From positions 16,611-80,610 of the forward strand of contig CALISE010000019.1 in assembly GCA_938041965.1 (NCBI GenBank): a stretch of DNA of 64,000 nucleotides, in the 5' to 3' direction. Shown here in pieces: positions 1 through 9,918 of the stretch; positions within the stretch are counted from its first letter, which is position 1, and every line of letters begins with the position of its first letter. A program made the translations under genes and the position numbers. The stretch is from an uncultured Mogibacterium sp. Lineage in GTDB: Bacteria > Bacillota > Clostridia > Peptostreptococcales > Anaerovoracaceae. The notes beneath the pieces were generated by a model. The model had not been told where the DNA came from. It searched no databases and saw only the letters and a program-made list of their open reading frames with translations.

Positions 1-1
1 C

Positions 2-610
2 GGATGCCTCGGGGGCTTCATCGCAGCGAAGAATTCACACAGTGTACCAGTGCTAGCGGTTTTCGACAATGAAGAGACTGGTTCTCTCACCAAGCAGGGC
101 GCAGATTCCACTTTCCTAGAGGAGGTGCTGAAGCGCATCTCGCTTGCTTCAGGCAAGGATGAAGAGGGACACTATAGGGCAGTTTCTTCAAGCTTCATGG
201 TGAGTGCAGATAACGCACATGCAGTGCATCCAAATCATCCCGAGAAGGCAGATCTAATAAATAGACCTATGATAAATAAAGGCATAGTAATCAAGTTCAA
301 CGCTGCACAGCACTACACGACAGACGCCGTTAGCTGTGCGGTTTACCGTGACCTCTGCGAGTCGAATGATATACCTGTTCAGGTATTTACAAATAGATCA
401 GACACAAGAGGCGGCAGCACATTAGGAAACGTATCGAATGCTCACGTGTCGCTTAACACCGTAGATATTGGGCTGGCACAGCTGGCGATGCATTCGTGCT
501 ACGAGACAGTGGGTGCACGGGATACGAAGCACCTTGTGGATGCGATGACAGTATTTTACTCGAAGACTTTTAGAGCAGATGCTGGTGGTTCATTTGAGCT
601 ATTGGACTAA
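2..610 (+). CDS. M18 family aminopeptidase (aspartyl aminopeptidase-like), 5'-truncated by window edge
   Basis: Motifs FDNEETGS, SADNAHAVHPN, GGSTLG, DIGLAQLAMHS; frame open from position 2. Confidence 0.9.
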   Translation, partial: GCLGGFIAAKNSHSVPVLAVFDNEETGSLTKQGADSTFLEEVLKRISLASGKDEEGHYRAVSSSFMVSADNAHAVHPNHPEKADLINRPMINKGIVIKFNAAQHYTTDAVSCAVYRDLCESNDIPVQVFTNRSDTRGGSTLGNVSNAHVSLNTVDIGLAQLAMHSCYETVGARDTKHLVDAMTVFYSKTFRADAGGSFELLD

Positions 611-622
611 TAGGAGGGACAC

Positions 623-1693
623 ATGGCTAAGAAAAAGAGAAAGACGTTACCTAGTGACTTTTACGAGATACTGCGTAGAGGCGATATTGACGAGATAAAG
701 GCGGTATTCGACAAATGCGAGATTACAGCTTATGCAGGCCGCTGTGACCTCAATACTGCTTTACATTACTATGGAATCCCAGTCGAAATCATACCTTGGC
801 TTGTAGAGCAAGGGCTTGATGTCAATACACTGAATTCATACGGACGTACTCCGCTTAATTTTCACGCTAGAAATAACGCGAAGGTGGTTAAGGTGCTATT
901 TGAACTAGGTGGTGACGTTGCGAGGCCAGACAATTATGGAAATACTCCGCTTCATAGCGCAGCATCTGGATACGTACCAGATAATGTAAAGCTGCTCGTC
1001 GAGCAAGGAGTTGACCTAAATGCTAGGGATAATATATGGAAGCGAACGCCACTCGAGGAGGCGCTTATATCATGCCGAGGAATAGATATAGGAAAATGCG
1101 CTCTAGTTGCTGAAATTATCGTAGATGCGGGAGCTGAAGTGACACCTGCGGTCAAGGAATACGTAAGAAAAATCGGTGAGGACGTCGAATTCCATAGAGG
1201 AAGCTTCCACCCAGATTACGTAGATGAGATAGATACGGGGCTTGCCAAGCTTTATCAGCTATTTGACGTGGAGCCAGTTAAGGCTCGCAAGGTCCACGAC
1301 GGGGTATCCCCGATTGTAGTAGAAGGTAATAATTGGAAGGAACAGTTTGAGGAGCTCTGGGAACTATTGATACCATCACATGGTGCAGCAAAGACTCTTC
1401 AGGGCGAGATTGTGAGAATTGCAGGCCGCGTTCAGGACGAGATGAATAGAAATGGTGGCTGCAACTGGAACAGAGATTATCGCATGATGCTAGACGATTT
1501 CGTAAAGCATGTAGCAACTGGGGTATCACTGCCTGAGGCGGAACTCGAAGAGGCTAAGAGCCTGGCTTCAAGTATAAGTCCTAGAGGTGATTTTAATGAG
1601 GCTTCACTAGATAGACTGTGTGAGCTGGCGACTAAGTGGGTGCTTTTAAATCCTGAACCGGTTAAGCTCGAGACGCCGAGGTATAAGAGGTAG
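623..1693 (+). CDS. Ankyrin repeat protein with uncharacterised C-terminal domain
   Basis: Ankyrin repeats (LNTALHY, GRTPLNF, GNTPLHSAA, KRTPLEEA); SD AGGAGGG. Confidence 0.85.
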   Translation: MAKKKRKTLPSDFYEILRRGDIDEIKAVFDKCEITAYAGRCDLNTALHYYGIPVEIIPWLVEQGLDVNTLNSYGRTPLNFHARNNAKVVKVLFELGGDVARPDNYGNTPLHSAASGYVPDNVKLLVEQGVDLNARDNIWKRTPLEEALISCRGIDIGKCALVAEIIVDAGAEVTPAVKEYVRKIGEDVEFHRGSFHPDYVDEIDTGLAKLYQLFDVEPVKARKVHDGVSPIVVEGNNWKEQFEELWELLIPSHGAAKTLQGEIVRIAGRVQDEMNRNGGCNWNRDYRMMLDDFVKHVATGVSLPEAELEEAKSLASSISPRGDFNEASLDRLCELATKWVLLNPEPVKLETPRYKR

Positions 1694-1795
1694 ATGTTAT
1701 TCCTTGTAGATCTATAGAATAATATTTAATAAAATGGAAAACGCCGCGCCACTCACCCGGACAGCGCGGCATTCTATTATCTAATCTTAATTTGC

Positions 1796-2665
1796 CTACT
1801 GTTCATTCTTCGACTTGAAGAAGATTATCGTACCAGCCGTTATGATAATCGCATAGCCGATGAAACTATAGATATCAGGGATTTCGCTGAACACCATGAA
1901 TCCTAGCACGGTTGTAAATATGATTTGCGAATAATCGTAGATTGAGATTTCCTTTGCGGGGGCATAGCGATATGCACCTGTGATACTGAACTGACCACCA
2001 GCAGCAGCAAAGCCTGCGCAGAGAAGCATGAGGATTTGGTATGGGCTCATCGATGCATGATATTTCAGTACTATCAGCGGTACCATCGCTAGGCAGCTGA
2101 AGGCTGAGAAGCAGAAGACTATGACTGCCCTCTGCACACCGTTAGAGCCGAGCATGCGAACCATAGTGTATGCGAGGCCCGCGCCTATACCGCCGATAAG
2201 ACCAGCGGCCATACCTAGCGGATTTCCCGAGAAGCCTGGCTTGATTACGAACAGGGCACCAGTCATGGCGAGCATTAGGCAGAAAACCTGGTGCTTCTTA
2301 GGAACTTCCCTGAGAAGAATCATTGAGAAGATAATCGTTGCAAATGGCGAGAGCTTATTGAGCATGCTGGCGTCGGCAACCATTATGTGGCTCACTGCGT
2401 AGAAATTGCCGAGGATTCCGATAGTGCCTGCGGTCACTCGTACGAGCATAGGTATGTAGTTTTTGCGCCCGATTTGTATCGGCTGCTTGTCCTTGATCAG
2501 TACGATTGCAGCGATGATTGCGGCGATTAGGTTTCTGAAAAATGCCTTTTCTACAGCCGGCAGGTCACCCGAGAGCTTGACAAAGATTCCCATCAAGGCG
2601 AAGAAAAATGCCGAAGATACAATTAATAATATTCCCTTATTCTTGTTATGTACTACTTTTTCCAT
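1796..2665 (-). CDS. DMT/EamA family transporter
   Basis: 289 aa, about 10 hydrophobic helices, two EamA-type repeats (FFRNL..., YRYAPAKEISIYDYSQIIF). Confidence 0.9.
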   Translation of the reverse strand: MEKVVHNKNKGILLIVSSAFFFALMGIFVKLSGDLPAVEKAFFRNLIAAIIAAIVLIKDKQPIQIGRKNYIPMLVRVTAGTIGILGNFYAVSHIMVADASMLNKLSPFATIIFSMILLREVPKKHQVFCLMLAMTGALFVIKPGFSGNPLGMAAGLIGGIGAGLAYTMVRMLGSNGVQRAVIVFCFSAFSCLAMVPLIVLKYHASMSPYQILMLLCAGFAAAGGQFSITGAYRYAPAKEISIYDYSQIIFTTVLGFMVFSEIPDIYSFIGYAIIITAGTIIFFKSKNEQ

Positions 2666-2845
2666 CTCTGTTTCTTTCGTTCAAATATATTTACATGCAT
2701 GCGAATGATGCACGACTAAGTGATTGCTAATTTGCGTACACACTATCTTATTGTATGTCATTAAATCAGTCAAGTTCGTTATATAGCCAACATAAGTAGT
2801 TTATGTTAAAATTTAGATTAATATAATTACAAAAGGAGAAACAAA

Positions 2846-3421
2846 ATGAGCGAGCACATTACTAGAGAGCAGGCTAATGAGCTGCTACATAAATATGTAA
2901 AGGGAGAGAACTATATCACACATTCGTATGCGGTTGAAGCGATAATGATGGGGCTTGCAAAGAAGCTTGCTCCTGACGAGATAGAATTTTGGGGCATCTG
3001 CGGCTTGCTGCACGACCTAGATGAGGAGACGGCTGACTGGCGCACAGATATGTCCACTCACGGACCGGTTTCGGCGCAGATTCTAAAGGACGAAGGCTAC
3101 GATGAGCCTGTTATGGCACAGGCTATTTGCGCACATAACCCGGAGTCTGGCGTTGTTGCGAAATCCACCCTAGAGATTGCACTTCTTGCTGCTGACCCGA
3201 TGAGCGGATTCTGCAAAGCTGTTGCACAGATTTACCCAGATAAGAAGATCGCGAGCGTTAAGCACAAGTCGGTAAATAAGAGATTTAAGGAAACGAGATT
3301 TGCAGCAGGAGCGAACAGACAGTATATGGCGGCTATCGAGGAAATAGGCATTAGCTTCGATGAGTTTATAGACATTTCGCTGGAAGCTATGCGCGAAATT
3401 GCTGACGAGATCGGACTATAA
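2846..3421 (+). CDS. HDIG/HD-domain phosphohydrolase
   Basis: HSYAVE...GLLHDLD...HGP...AHN...AAD motif set; SD AAAGGAG. Confidence 0.85.
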   Translation: MSEHITREQANELLHKYVKGENYITHSYAVEAIMMGLAKKLAPDEIEFWGICGLLHDLDEETADWRTDMSTHGPVSAQILKDEGYDEPVMAQAICAHNPESGVVAKSTLEIALLAADPMSGFCKAVAQIYPDKKIASVKHKSVNKRFKETRFAAGANRQYMAAIEEIGISFDEFIDISLEAMREIADEIGL

Positions 3422-3428
3422 CTGTAAA

Positions 3429-3463
3429 AGCACTTAGCATCCCGAAGATGGGCGCTAAGTGCT
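3429..3463. terminator. Hairpin, likely bidirectional terminator
   Basis: AGCACTTAGC...GCTAAGTGCT between convergent genes. Confidence 0.65.
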
Positions 3464-3533
3464 ATGCTTTTATTTCTGCGTGCATATCTGTTTCTATCAA
3501 TTTAAATATTTAATATATAAAAATATATAAAAA

Positions 3534-3845
3534 CTACTTGCGAGGTGCCTTCGGCAGCTCGATTTTTACATTCTTAGGATTTCTCGCCCTTCTATATAGC
3601 ACGAAGCGGCGCCCAATTGCTGCGACGAACTCAGCGTGAAGAGTCTCCGCAAGTTCGCTGCACACCTCGGTAGGGTCGAGCAGTGAGCCTTCCTGAATCT
3701 GCCCTTTTACAAGTTCATTAGCTGTAAGATTTTCGTCGATAGAGCGGACGATGTTCTCCGTGAGGTCAGCTTTGCCAATATATACAGTCGGCTCGATCTT
3801 CTGTGCGAGTCCCTTTAGATAACTTCTTTGCTTGCCTGTGAGCAT
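3534..3845 (-). CDS. yhbY: YhbY/CRM-domain RNA-binding protein
   Basis: MLTGKQRSYLKGLA...IGK...ELVK...IGRRFVLYR. Confidence 0.92.
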   Translation of the reverse strand: MLTGKQRSYLKGLAQKIEPTVYIGKADLTENIVRSIDENLTANELVKGQIQEGSLLDPTEVCSELAETLHAEFVAAIGRRFVLYRRARNPKNVKIELPKAPRK

Positions 3846-3942
3846 GTGTTCTCCTTGATATTTCTGAAATGTAATATAAAATTAATATGTGCACTATATT
3901 AACACAACACGGCACATTAATCCATAGAGAGGTGGAAGAAAC

Positions 3943-4254
3943 ATGGCAGATGGAAGATGGGTTATGACGGGAAATGAGCTAAATAGCGTGGTTTCCGGTT
4001 TTAAAGAGACAGATACCGTGGCTCTGCCAAATGCAGGTAAGCATCTGCCGGTAGACGTCCGAGGAGGCTCTAGCGATGCGTGTAACCGCGAGATGGGATA
4101 TAATGAGATATGTGCATTTTGCGGATCGGATAAAATGCGCGTGGGATTTGGTAAATACGGCCAAGGCTTTGGCTGCCGCTCGTCCAAGTGCGAGGACTGT
4201 GGAGGAGTCACGGACTTCGTGTACAAGGATGAAGTGGGGAAGTTTTTTAGGTAG
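3943..4254 (+). CDS. Small hypothetical protein with zinc-ribbon-like CxxC...CxxC
   Basis: SD GAGGTGG; CAFC and CEDC pairs; co-oriented with the next gene. Confidence 0.7.
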   Translation: MADGRWVMTGNELNSVVSGFKETDTVALPNAGKHLPVDVRGGSSDACNREMGYNEICAFCGSDKMRVGFGKYGQGFGCRSSKCEDCGGVTDFVYKDEVGKFFR

Positions 4255-4283
4255 TAGTAAAATAAGTTCCGTTAGGAGACAAG

Positions 4284-5480
4284 ATGAATCGCAAGGAAAT
4301 TAGAGAGATTAAGAAGAGATTTAGTCCGGATATGAATAATTTTGGGCATATTTATGGTTGCTACGTCAATGCTGCGCGAGAGATTATTACGTACATGGAT
4401 TCGCCTACGATGCTCATGGAAAATGAAGAGCGCGAGATGTACATGAAGACTCTAAAGAAGGTGCTGTCTGGCGCGCTAGGCAGGAATCTACTGGATGTTG
4501 AGTTCTCAACGGCTCAAGTCGAGGATAGCGATGAGCATAGGTTGCTTCAGACGCTGAGGACTTCGCATCTCAGTAACGAGACTATGCGCAAGATTCTGTT
4601 CCAGAGAATTATCGACAGCGTGGACATGGGTGATACTGGCTACGTTATTTTGCTTGCTGCTGATGCTTACGATGTGCCGTACAAGGATAGCGGTAGTGAC
4701 GAGTGGTCAGAAGAGTCGACGGATCAGTTCGAGTATTTCGTTTGCTGTCTGTGTCCTGTAAAAGACCCGAAGGGTGCACTCAGGTACCTTGCCGAGGAGA
4801 AGAACTTCCGCGGTGCATCGACGGGCAGCATACTCGGAGCTCCGGACATGGGCTTCATGTTCCCGACCTTCGATGATAGGATGACTAACATATATCAGGC
4901 GCTATACTATACGAGGAGTTCGGCTGACGTTCATAGCGATTTTCTCAAGGCGGTGTTCAACCTAGACAAGCTGCCGATGGCGGCAAATACACAGAAGAAT
5001 GCATTTGACAGTGCACTCGCTGACTCGCTAAAGGACGAATGTGATATCGATATCGTGAAGGCCCTTCATAGCCAGATAGGTGAGAAAATAGATCTCCTTA
5101 AGGAAGCAAAATCCGATGAAGCTCCAGAGATTCACATCAATGAGCTAGAGGAAATTCTCATGAAGAGCGGAACCTCTGACGAGGCAATCGAGAAGTTCCA
5201 TGATACGTGCAAACAGTATTTTGAAGGGGAAGAATTCTTTAACCCTGAGAACCTCATCAACCGCAGGCAGTTTAAGATAGAGACGCCTGAGGTGAATGTC
5301 AGTGTTGACCCAGAACATGCCTTTGGAATCAGGACAGAGGTTATCGATGGCCGCAGCTATCTGATGATTCCAATAAGTGAAGGAATTACGGTGAATGGTG
5401 TGGATGTTAGCATTCCAGATGGAAGTGAAAGCGATGCAGTAGGAGCAGGAGAGAGGGAAGGGGAAGGAACCGAAGCCTAA
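4284..5480 (+). CDS. DUF4317 family protein
   Basis: MNRKEIREIKKRF...IYGCYVN...KKVLSGALGRNLLD...GFMFPTFDDR pattern. Confidence 0.8.
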   Translation: MNRKEIREIKKRFSPDMNNFGHIYGCYVNAAREIITYMDSPTMLMENEEREMYMKTLKKVLSGALGRNLLDVEFSTAQVEDSDEHRLLQTLRTSHLSNETMRKILFQRIIDSVDMGDTGYVILLAADAYDVPYKDSGSDEWSEESTDQFEYFVCCLCPVKDPKGALRYLAEEKNFRGASTGSILGAPDMGFMFPTFDDRMTNIYQALYYTRSSADVHSDFLKAVFNLDKLPMAANTQKNAFDSALADSLKDECDIDIVKALHSQIGEKIDLLKEAKSDEAPEIHINELEEILMKSGTSDEAIEKFHDTCKQYFEGEEFFNPENLINRRQFKIETPEVNVSVDPEHAFGIRTEVIDGRSYLMIPISEGITVNGVDVSIPDGSESDAVGAGEREGEGTEA

Positions 5481-5588
5481 TAGTGTTAATCTGGCTTCTG
5501 CGGTGAATGTGCTGAAATATGCTGAATGCCTGAAATATGAAAGCATAGCACCGAACTGATTAATAGATGCGAATAATAAGAATGAGAA

Positions 5589-5623
5589 TGGAGAGCCAGA
5601 ACAAGGTGTTCGGCTCTCCGTTT
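5589..5623 (+). terminator. Intrinsic terminator
   Basis: GGAGAGCC...GGCTCTCC followed by T-rich tract. Confidence 0.65.
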
Positions 5624-5650
5624 GGTTTGTGTAGTTTTCGTGTTTAATTG

Positions 5651-5665
5651 TGTAAAAGTTTTACA
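5651..5665. promoter_or_regulatory. Perfect 7-1-7 palindrome upstream of mleS, candidate operator
   Basis: TGTAAAA-G-TTTTACA. Confidence 0.45.
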
Positions 5666-5729
5666 GCGAGTAGTTAGAGATATATGATGTAGTAAATTTT
5701 AATACAGGTGTAAAAAGTGGAGGTGTACT

Positions 5730-7352
5730 ATGAATGCACATGATATTTTAAATAATCCTTTTCTTAATAAAGGAACCGCATTTAATCTAGAGGAACGTCA
5801 AGAGCTTGGCCTTATTGGCCTATTGCCACCTTACGTTCAGACCATCGAGGAACAGGCTGCTGAGACTTATGCTCAGCTTCAGACCAAGGCTAATGATCTT
5901 GAGAAGAGACTCTTTCTCATGGAAATATTTAATACTAATCGCACACTGTTCTATTATCTTTTCTCACATCATCTAGAAGAGTTCAATCCAATTGTCTATG
6001 ACCCAACTATTGCCGACACTATAGAGGGATACAGCAACCTCTTTGTAAATCCTCAGTATGCAGGTTACCTAGACATCAATCATCCAGAGCATATTGAGGA
6101 AACCCTTAGAAATGCAGCTGGCGGTAGGGATATAAGACTGATTGTAGTAACCGATGCCGAAGAAATCCTCGGAATTGGCGATTGGGGTGCTAATGGTGTG
6201 GATATTTCAGTCGGAAAGTTAATGGTGTACACTGGTGCGGCAGGAATTGATCCAGCTACGGTTCTACCATTAGTTATCGATGCAGGAACAAACCGTGAGT
6301 CACTGCGTAATAACCCTAACTATCTTGGAAATCGCCATGAGAGAGTACGTGGTGACCGCTACTATGACTTCATCGATAAGTTTGTCAATACGGCAGAAAA
6401 ACTATTCCCTAAGCTGTATCTACACTGGGAGGACTTTGGGCGTTCAAATGCCGCAAATATTCTCGAGAAATATCGTAAGGCTATTCCTACCTTTAACGAT
6501 GATATACAGGGAACGGGTATCGTAACGCTTGGAGGAATCTTCGGAGCGCTTGCGGTTACAGGTGAGAAACTCACCGACCAGGTATACCTATGCTTTGGTG
6601 GTGGAACTGCCGGTGCAGGAATTGCCTCACGTGTACTCCGTGAGATGGTAACTATGGGGCTTTCAGAGGAAGACGCTTACAAGAGGTTCTTTATGGTGGA
6701 TAAGCAGGGACTTCTCTTCGATGATATGGATGATTTGACTCCTGAGCAGAGACCTTTTGCTAAGAAGCGTTCTGATTATCCTAACGCAGATAAGCTGACA
6801 GACCTACTTGAGGTTGTGAAGACAGTAAAACCAACAATACTTGTTGGAACATCAACAGTGCCAAATACTTTTACGAAGGAAGTTGTTGAGGCTATGTGCG
6901 AGAATACTGAGCGCCCAATGATCTTCCCTCTATCAAATCCAACGAAGCTCGCAGAGGCAACTGCAGAGGATCTAATCGCTTGGTCTGATGGAAAGGCTTT
7001 TGTAGCAACTGGAATTCCAGCAGGTACAGTTTCGTACAAGGGGGTTGACTATGTAATCGGACAGGCTAATAATGCGCTAATCTATCCAGGTCTAGGACTT
7101 GGAATGCTCGCATCGAAGGCAAGCCTACTGACAGATGAGATGATTGGGGCTGCAGCTCATTCGCTTAGCGGCATCATAGATATGAGTAAGCCTGGAGCAC
7201 CTGTGCTACCTCCGTTCAAGTACGTAGCGGATGTATCGATTAGAGTTGCCGAAGCAGTTGCTAAAACTGCCCAGAAGCAGGGACTTGCACGTGCTGAAGA
7301 AACGGATATAGTTAAGGCTGTTCAGGATATGAAGTGGTATCCAAAGTACTAA
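5730..7352 (+). CDS. mleS: Malolactic enzyme
   Basis: [63 protein letters not shown]; 540 aa. Confidence 0.93.
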   Translation: MNAHDILNNPFLNKGTAFNLEERQELGLIGLLPPYVQTIEEQAAETYAQLQTKANDLEKRLFLMEIFNTNRTLFYYLFSHHLEEFNPIVYDPTIADTIEGYSNLFVNPQYAGYLDINHPEHIEETLRNAAGGRDIRLIVVTDAEEILGIGDWGANGVDISVGKLMVYTGAAGIDPATVLPLVIDAGTNRESLRNNPNYLGNRHERVRGDRYYDFIDKFVNTAEKLFPKLYLHWEDFGRSNAANILEKYRKAIPTFNDDIQGTGIVTLGGIFGALAVTGEKLTDQVYLCFGGGTAGAGIASRVLREMVTMGLSEEDAYKRFFMVDKQGLLFDDMDDLTPEQRPFAKKRSDYPNADKLTDLLEVVKTVKPTILVGTSTVPNTFTKEVVEAMCENTERPMIFPLSNPTKLAEATAEDLIAWSDGKAFVATGIPAGTVSYKGVDYVIGQANNALIYPGLGLGMLASKASLLTDEMIGAAAHSLSGIIDMSKPGAPVLPPFKYVADVSIRVAEAVAKTAQKQGLARAEETDIVKAVQDMKWYPKY

Positions 7353-7440
7353 AATTAGAGATTAAAATATTCGTGTGAAAGCCGGATGATGTCCGGTTTT
7401 CACGGTATATAAAAGGGTTTAGGCTCTAGAAAGGAGCGAT

Positions 7441-8394
7441 ATGGAGATATTAATCACCTCTATACAGAGTATTATTCCAATTATTGCGATAATAGCCTTA
7501 GGATACTTTCTACAGAATCACGGATGGTTTGGAGAGAACTTTGGGTCTAATCTATCGCATTTAATAATGAATATTGCATTACCTGCATCTATTTTCGTAT
7601 CAGTGATGAAGTACCTAACCTTCGATAAACTTGTTAGTCTATCTGAGGGACTCGTCTATACATTTGCTGCATTTGGACTAGGATATGTTGCAGCCTTTAT
7701 TGCAGTTAAAGCATTTCATGTAAGGCCGGGGCGCAGGGGCACGATGATAAATACCTTTGTAAATGCCAACACCATTTTCATAGGTTTGCCTCTCAATATA
7801 GCGCTTTTTGGAAATAAGGCTTTGCCGTATTTCCTCATATATTACATAACTAATACGGTTTCAACATGGACTCTCGGTGTTTATCTGATGTCTAGCGATA
7901 GTAAATCTGGTAAACATAAAAATGCAGAAAAGTTCGACTTGAAAAAGCTCCTTCCAGCGCCATTAGTTGGGTTCTTAGTGGCTCTAGTATTTCTCGTTTT
8001 GAGGATTCCAGTACCAGCTTTTGCTACTAGCACGTTTACATATGTAGGAAATATCGTAACACCGCTGTCGCTAATCTATATAGGTATAATCCTTGCAAAG
8101 GCTGGTCTTAAGACGATTACACTGGATAAGGATACGATTATAACCCTAGTAGGTCGTTTCGTATTAGGACCTGTAGTTATGGTTGCAATACTTATGCTCA
8201 CAGCTAAGAATATGCCAGTTGATGAATTTAGGACGTTCGTTATACAGGCGGCTGCACCTGCTCTAGCGGTGCTGCCAATCCTCGCAAGCCATGGAGATGG
8301 TGATGTCGAGTTCTCGACTAATGTAGTAACAATAAGTACGATTCTATTCGTCATAGTAGTACCGATTGTTGATACACTGCTCGGATTTATGTAA
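7441..8394 (+). CDS. mleP: AEC family malate permease
   Basis: Hydrophobic 317 aa, NIALPASIF and NANTIFIGLPLN motifs, directly downstream of mleS. Confidence 0.85.
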   Translation: MEILITSIQSIIPIIAIIALGYFLQNHGWFGENFGSNLSHLIMNIALPASIFVSVMKYLTFDKLVSLSEGLVYTFAAFGLGYVAAFIAVKAFHVRPGRRGTMINTFVNANTIFIGLPLNIALFGNKALPYFLIYYITNTVSTWTLGVYLMSSDSKSGKHKNAEKFDLKKLLPAPLVGFLVALVFLVLRIPVPAFATSTFTYVGNIVTPLSLIYIGIILAKAGLKTITLDKDTIITLVGRFVLGPVVMVAILMLTAKNMPVDEFRTFVIQAAAPALAVLPILASHGDGDVEFSTNVVTISTILFVIVVPIVDTLLGFM

Positions 8395-8473
8395 GAGGAT
8401 TAAAGTCCTCGAGAGAAGGCCGAGTCGCAGGAACAAAATGGAATAATAAGTGATAAAAACGGTTATAGTAAAA

Positions 8474-8523
8474 TGTACCGACCTCCTAATCGTTAGATTA
8501 TGGTCTAACTTGAGGTCGGTACA
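8474..8523. mobile_element. 50-bp IS3/IS150-like miniature inverted-repeat element (no transposase)
   Basis: TGTACCGACCTC...GTTAGA-N6-TCTAAC...GAGGTCGGTACA; TG...CA termini. Confidence 0.55.
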
Positions 8524-8567
8524 TTTATGATTTACTATAGCCTTTTTCTTTATATGCGTTATATACG

Positions 8568-9044
8568 TTACTTACCGTCTTTATACACCTTTGCATTCTC
8601 GAGAACTACGTACGTAGCATTCTTGTCATCTGGCAGTGCCTTGAGAGTGAATTTACCAGAGATGACAAATTTCTTATCCTCAGCTGGTAGCTTCGACGCT
8701 TCGCCTTTCTTGAGCTTGAAGAGAAGCCCCTGCTGACAGCACTCTGTCGCATCAGGAATCAGACAATATGTAGAGCGTTCGCCGGTGCTAGGGTCAACGC
8801 TAACGACATAATAGCCTTTTACCTTGACTGTCTTGCCGACGTACTTCTTAGGACTTGTCATCATGTTGGATACCTCAGAATAGATTGCCGTTGCACTCAT
8901 GGTACTGAGATCAAGGTCAACATGACCATCCGTCTTTGCCTTATTGTGAGCTACGATATGGAGTGTAACCCCGATACATACTGATACAAAAGCCAGTAGC
9001 GTGATTATTATTATAATTAGTTTAGTCCTTTTATTGTTAGTCAT
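8568..9044 (-). CDS. Membrane-anchored hypothetical protein, last gene of the metal ABC operon
   Basis: N-terminal TM helix, then KYVGKTVKVKG and CLIPDATECCQQG. Confidence 0.75.
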   Translation of the reverse strand: MTNNKRTKLIIIIITLLAFVSVCIGVTLHIVAHNKAKTDGHVDLDLSTMSATAIYSEVSNMMTSPKKYVGKTVKVKGYYVVSVDPSTGERSTYCLIPDATECCQQGLLFKLKKGEASKLPAEDKKFVISGKFTLKALPDDKNATYVVLENAKVYKDGK

Positions 9045-9069
9045 TTTATCATCTTTGTATTCTGTAAAA

Positions 9070-9918
9070 TTATCCTCTGGCAGTCACTTTGCCGAGGAGT
9101 ATAAATATAAGATACATAATTGCATCCACCGTTACAATCGTTGCTCCTACTGGAGTTCCGCCTAGGATTGATATAAACATCCCGGTCAAGGCTGCAACTA
9201 TTGACAGGATTATAGAGCAGATGGTTACCGCTCTGAAGCTTCCAAATACGCACATCGCCGATAGAGCAGGAAAGATTATGAGTGCGGATATCAAAAGTGA
9301 GCCTACCAGGTTCATTCCCAATACTATTATAACAGCAATGATGATTGCGATGATTAAATTATATGTTTCTGTCTTGGTGCCTGTCGCTTTCGCGTATTCC
9401 TCATCAAAAGTTACCGCAAAAAGTCTGTTGTATAGGAATACGAAGGCAATTATGACCACTGCTGAGGTGACGAGGCATATAATTACGTCCTCTGTCGTCA
9501 GCGTCAATATCGATGTGGAGCCAAATAATGTCGTGCATACGTCACCGGATACGTTTGCAGATGAAGAGAATACGTTCATCATCAGATATCCGAAGGCAAG
9601 TGACACGACGGACAATATCGCCAGCTTAGCATCACCCATGACCTTGCTATTCTGACCACCACGGAGCAACAGTATGGCTGCTATTATGGTTACTGGCATG
9701 GTAATATACAGATTGCTCGATACGTGTAAAATTGTGCCGACTGTCATGGCACCAAAGGCAACGTGTGATAGCCCATCTCCGATAAATGAAAACCTCTTAA
9801 GAACAAGTGTTACCCCGACCATAGCTGCACAGAGGGCGATTGAAACGCCTACAATCAGCGCATATAGGACGAAGGAGTGAGAAAGGTACATGTGCAGCTG
9901 TTCTGAAATATTAGACAT
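9070..9918 (-). CDS. Zn/Mn ABC transporter permease (ZnuB/AdcB-like)
   Basis: GDGLSHVAFG, LFGS, TFDEEYAKATG, VGSLLISALIIFPA. Confidence 0.92.
   Translation of the reverse strand: MSNISEQLHMYLSHSFVLYALIVGVSIALCAAMVGVTLVLKRFSFIGDGLSHVAFGAMTVGTILHVSSNLYITMPVTIIAAILLLRGGQNSKVMGDAKLAILSVVSLAFGYLMMNVFSSSANVSGDVCTTLFGSTSILTLTTEDVIICLVTSAVVIIAFVFLYNRLFAVTFDEEYAKATGTKTETYNLIIAIIIAVIIVLGMNLVGSLLISALIIFPALSAMCVFGSFRAVTICSIILSIVAALTGMFISILGGTPVGATIVTVDAIMYLIFILLGKVTARG

Noticed and set aside
5503..5542. Short degenerate TGAA/CTGAAATATG repeats
   Set aside because: Too short and irregular to interpret.
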